A DNA stretch of 64,000 bases from Candidatus Marinacidobacterium sp. (GTDB lineage: Bacteria > Acidobacteriota > Vicinamibacteria > Marinacidobacterales > Marinacidobacteraceae): the NCBI GenBank assembly GCA_965204755.1, contig OZ242011.1, positions 2,240,001-2,304,000 of the forward strand, written 5' to 3'. Made by a program: the position numbers and the translations under genes. Of the stretch, positions 63,072 to 64,000 are shown one piece after another. Position 1 is the first letter of the stretch; the number at the start of each line of letters is the position of its first letter. The notes under the pieces were generated by a model. The model saw only the letters and a program-made list of their open reading frames with translations. It was not told where the DNA came from and ran no database searches.

Positions 63072-63206
63072 TGGGAACAGCGGGTTTATCGGACTGAGTA
63101 ATTTATCTCACCATGATAAACCCATTCTCCCACAAGGGCCTGGGCCACGAAGGGAGTAGTCGCGCCGGTTCGCGCGCGAGGGGCGTCGGCGGCGCCCGGC
63201 GCCCGC

Positions 63207-64000
63207 TCAGCCGCCCGGGTGGAGGACGAGTTTGCCCGTGGTGGCGCGGGATTCCAGCAGGCGCTGGGCCTCGGCGGCCCCGGACAGCGGCATCTCCCGG
63301 TCGATGGTGAGGCGGAGTTTCCCGCTCGCCACGGAGGAGAACACCTCCCCCGACCGCCGGAGCAACTCCTCGCGGGTCGCCGCGTAGTCGGCCAGGGTCG
63401 GGCGGGTCACATAGAGCGAGCCGCCGCGCATCAGCCGCGCCGGGTCGATCGGCGGGACCGGGCCGGCGGACTGGCCGTAGAGCACGAGCATCCCCCGCGG
63501 CCGCAGGAGGTCGAGGCTCCGCTCCCAGGTGGTGGCGCCCACCGAGTCATAGACCACCGCCAGCCCCTCGTCCCTCATCTCCTCGCGGACGGCCTCCGCG
63601 AAGTCCACCTCGGTGTAGCGGATCACCCGGTCGCAGCCGGCGGCCCGCGCCGCCTCCGCCTTGGCCTCGGTGGAGACGGTCCCGAACACCCGGGCGCCCA
63701 GGTCGCGGCACATCTGGCACAGCAGCAGCCCCACGCCCCCGGCGGCGGCGTGGACGAGCACCGGGGTCCCCGCTTCCACCGGGAAGGTGGAGCGAACCAG
63801 GTAGTGCGCGGTCGCGCCCTGCAGCAGCGAGGCCGCCGCCCGGGTGGAAGTCAGGCTGTCGGGAACCGGCGCGAGTTTCTCCGCCGGGAGCACCGCCTCC
63901 TCCGCGTACCCGCCGAGGCTCATGACCCAGGCCGCCCGGTCGCCCGGCTTCACGGTCGTCACTCCCTCCCCGACGGCCTCCACCACCCCGGCGCCCTCGA
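63207..64000 (-). CDS. qor: NADPH:quinone oxidoreductase (zeta-crystallin/MDR family); 5' end outside the window
   Basis: VHAAAGGVG, VVYDSVG, YGQSAG, GSLYVTRPTL, TTGKLVL; the frame is open to the window edge. Confidence 0.92.
   Translation of the reverse strand, partial: EGAGVVEAVGEGVTTVKPGDRAAWVMSLGGYAEEAVLPAEKLAPVPDSLTSTRAAASLLQGATAHYLVRSTFPVEAGTPVLVHAAAGGVGLLLCQMCRDLGARVFGTVSTEAKAEAARAAGCDRVIRYTEVDFAEAVREEMRDEGLAVVYDSVGATTWERSLDLLRPRGMLVLYGQSAGPVPPIDPARLMRGGSLYVTRPTLADYAATREELLRRSGEVFSSVASGKLRLTIDREMPLSGAAEAQRLLESRATTGKLVLHPGG

Overview
Very GC-rich bacterial chromosomal window, most likely Acidobacteriota: the 16S begins GATCCTGGCTCAGAATC, the Acidobacteria-specific 31F primer sequence. 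It is mostly housekeeping. It carries a TPR/FG-GAP/ASPIC protein, an ABC-F ATPase, rnhA, a PhzF-family protein, an amidase and an alternative sigma-70 factor behind a sigma-54-type promoter. A long minus-strand run follows: hslVU, Fn3 lipoprotein, fsa/tal, three acyl-CoA carboxylase genes, tamB, tamA-like and surA-like. Next come a complete rrn operon (16S, tRNA-Ile, tRNA-Ala, 23S, 5S), transporters (NhaC, TonB-dependent receptor, SSS, ClC), apbE, a PIG-L deacetylase, dtd, a DsbA-like protein and glcDEF-like genes. Three accessory spots stand out. (1) 50.0-52.2 kb: a translationally coupled pair of uncharacterised genes (small putative ADP-ribosyltransferase-fold protein plus a YYDGP-motif protein), followed by two arrays totalling 16 copies of an AGACACAGG motif (seven exact 22-bp periods, a spacer with an AT-rich tract, then nine more copies). 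(2) 57.9-63.1 kb: an AAA/DUF4143 gene coupled to a STAND/NACHT NTPase whose C-terminal PD-(D/E)xK-like domain is cut off by an in-frame TGA and appears to be decaying. (3) An orphan HigA-like antitoxin with two palindromic operators. There is also an unannotated ~170-nt rod-like RNA structure upstream of hslVU and signs of leaderless transcription. Most other ORFs in the track are GC-rich shadow ORFs. All family calls are by eye from motifs, with no database searches.
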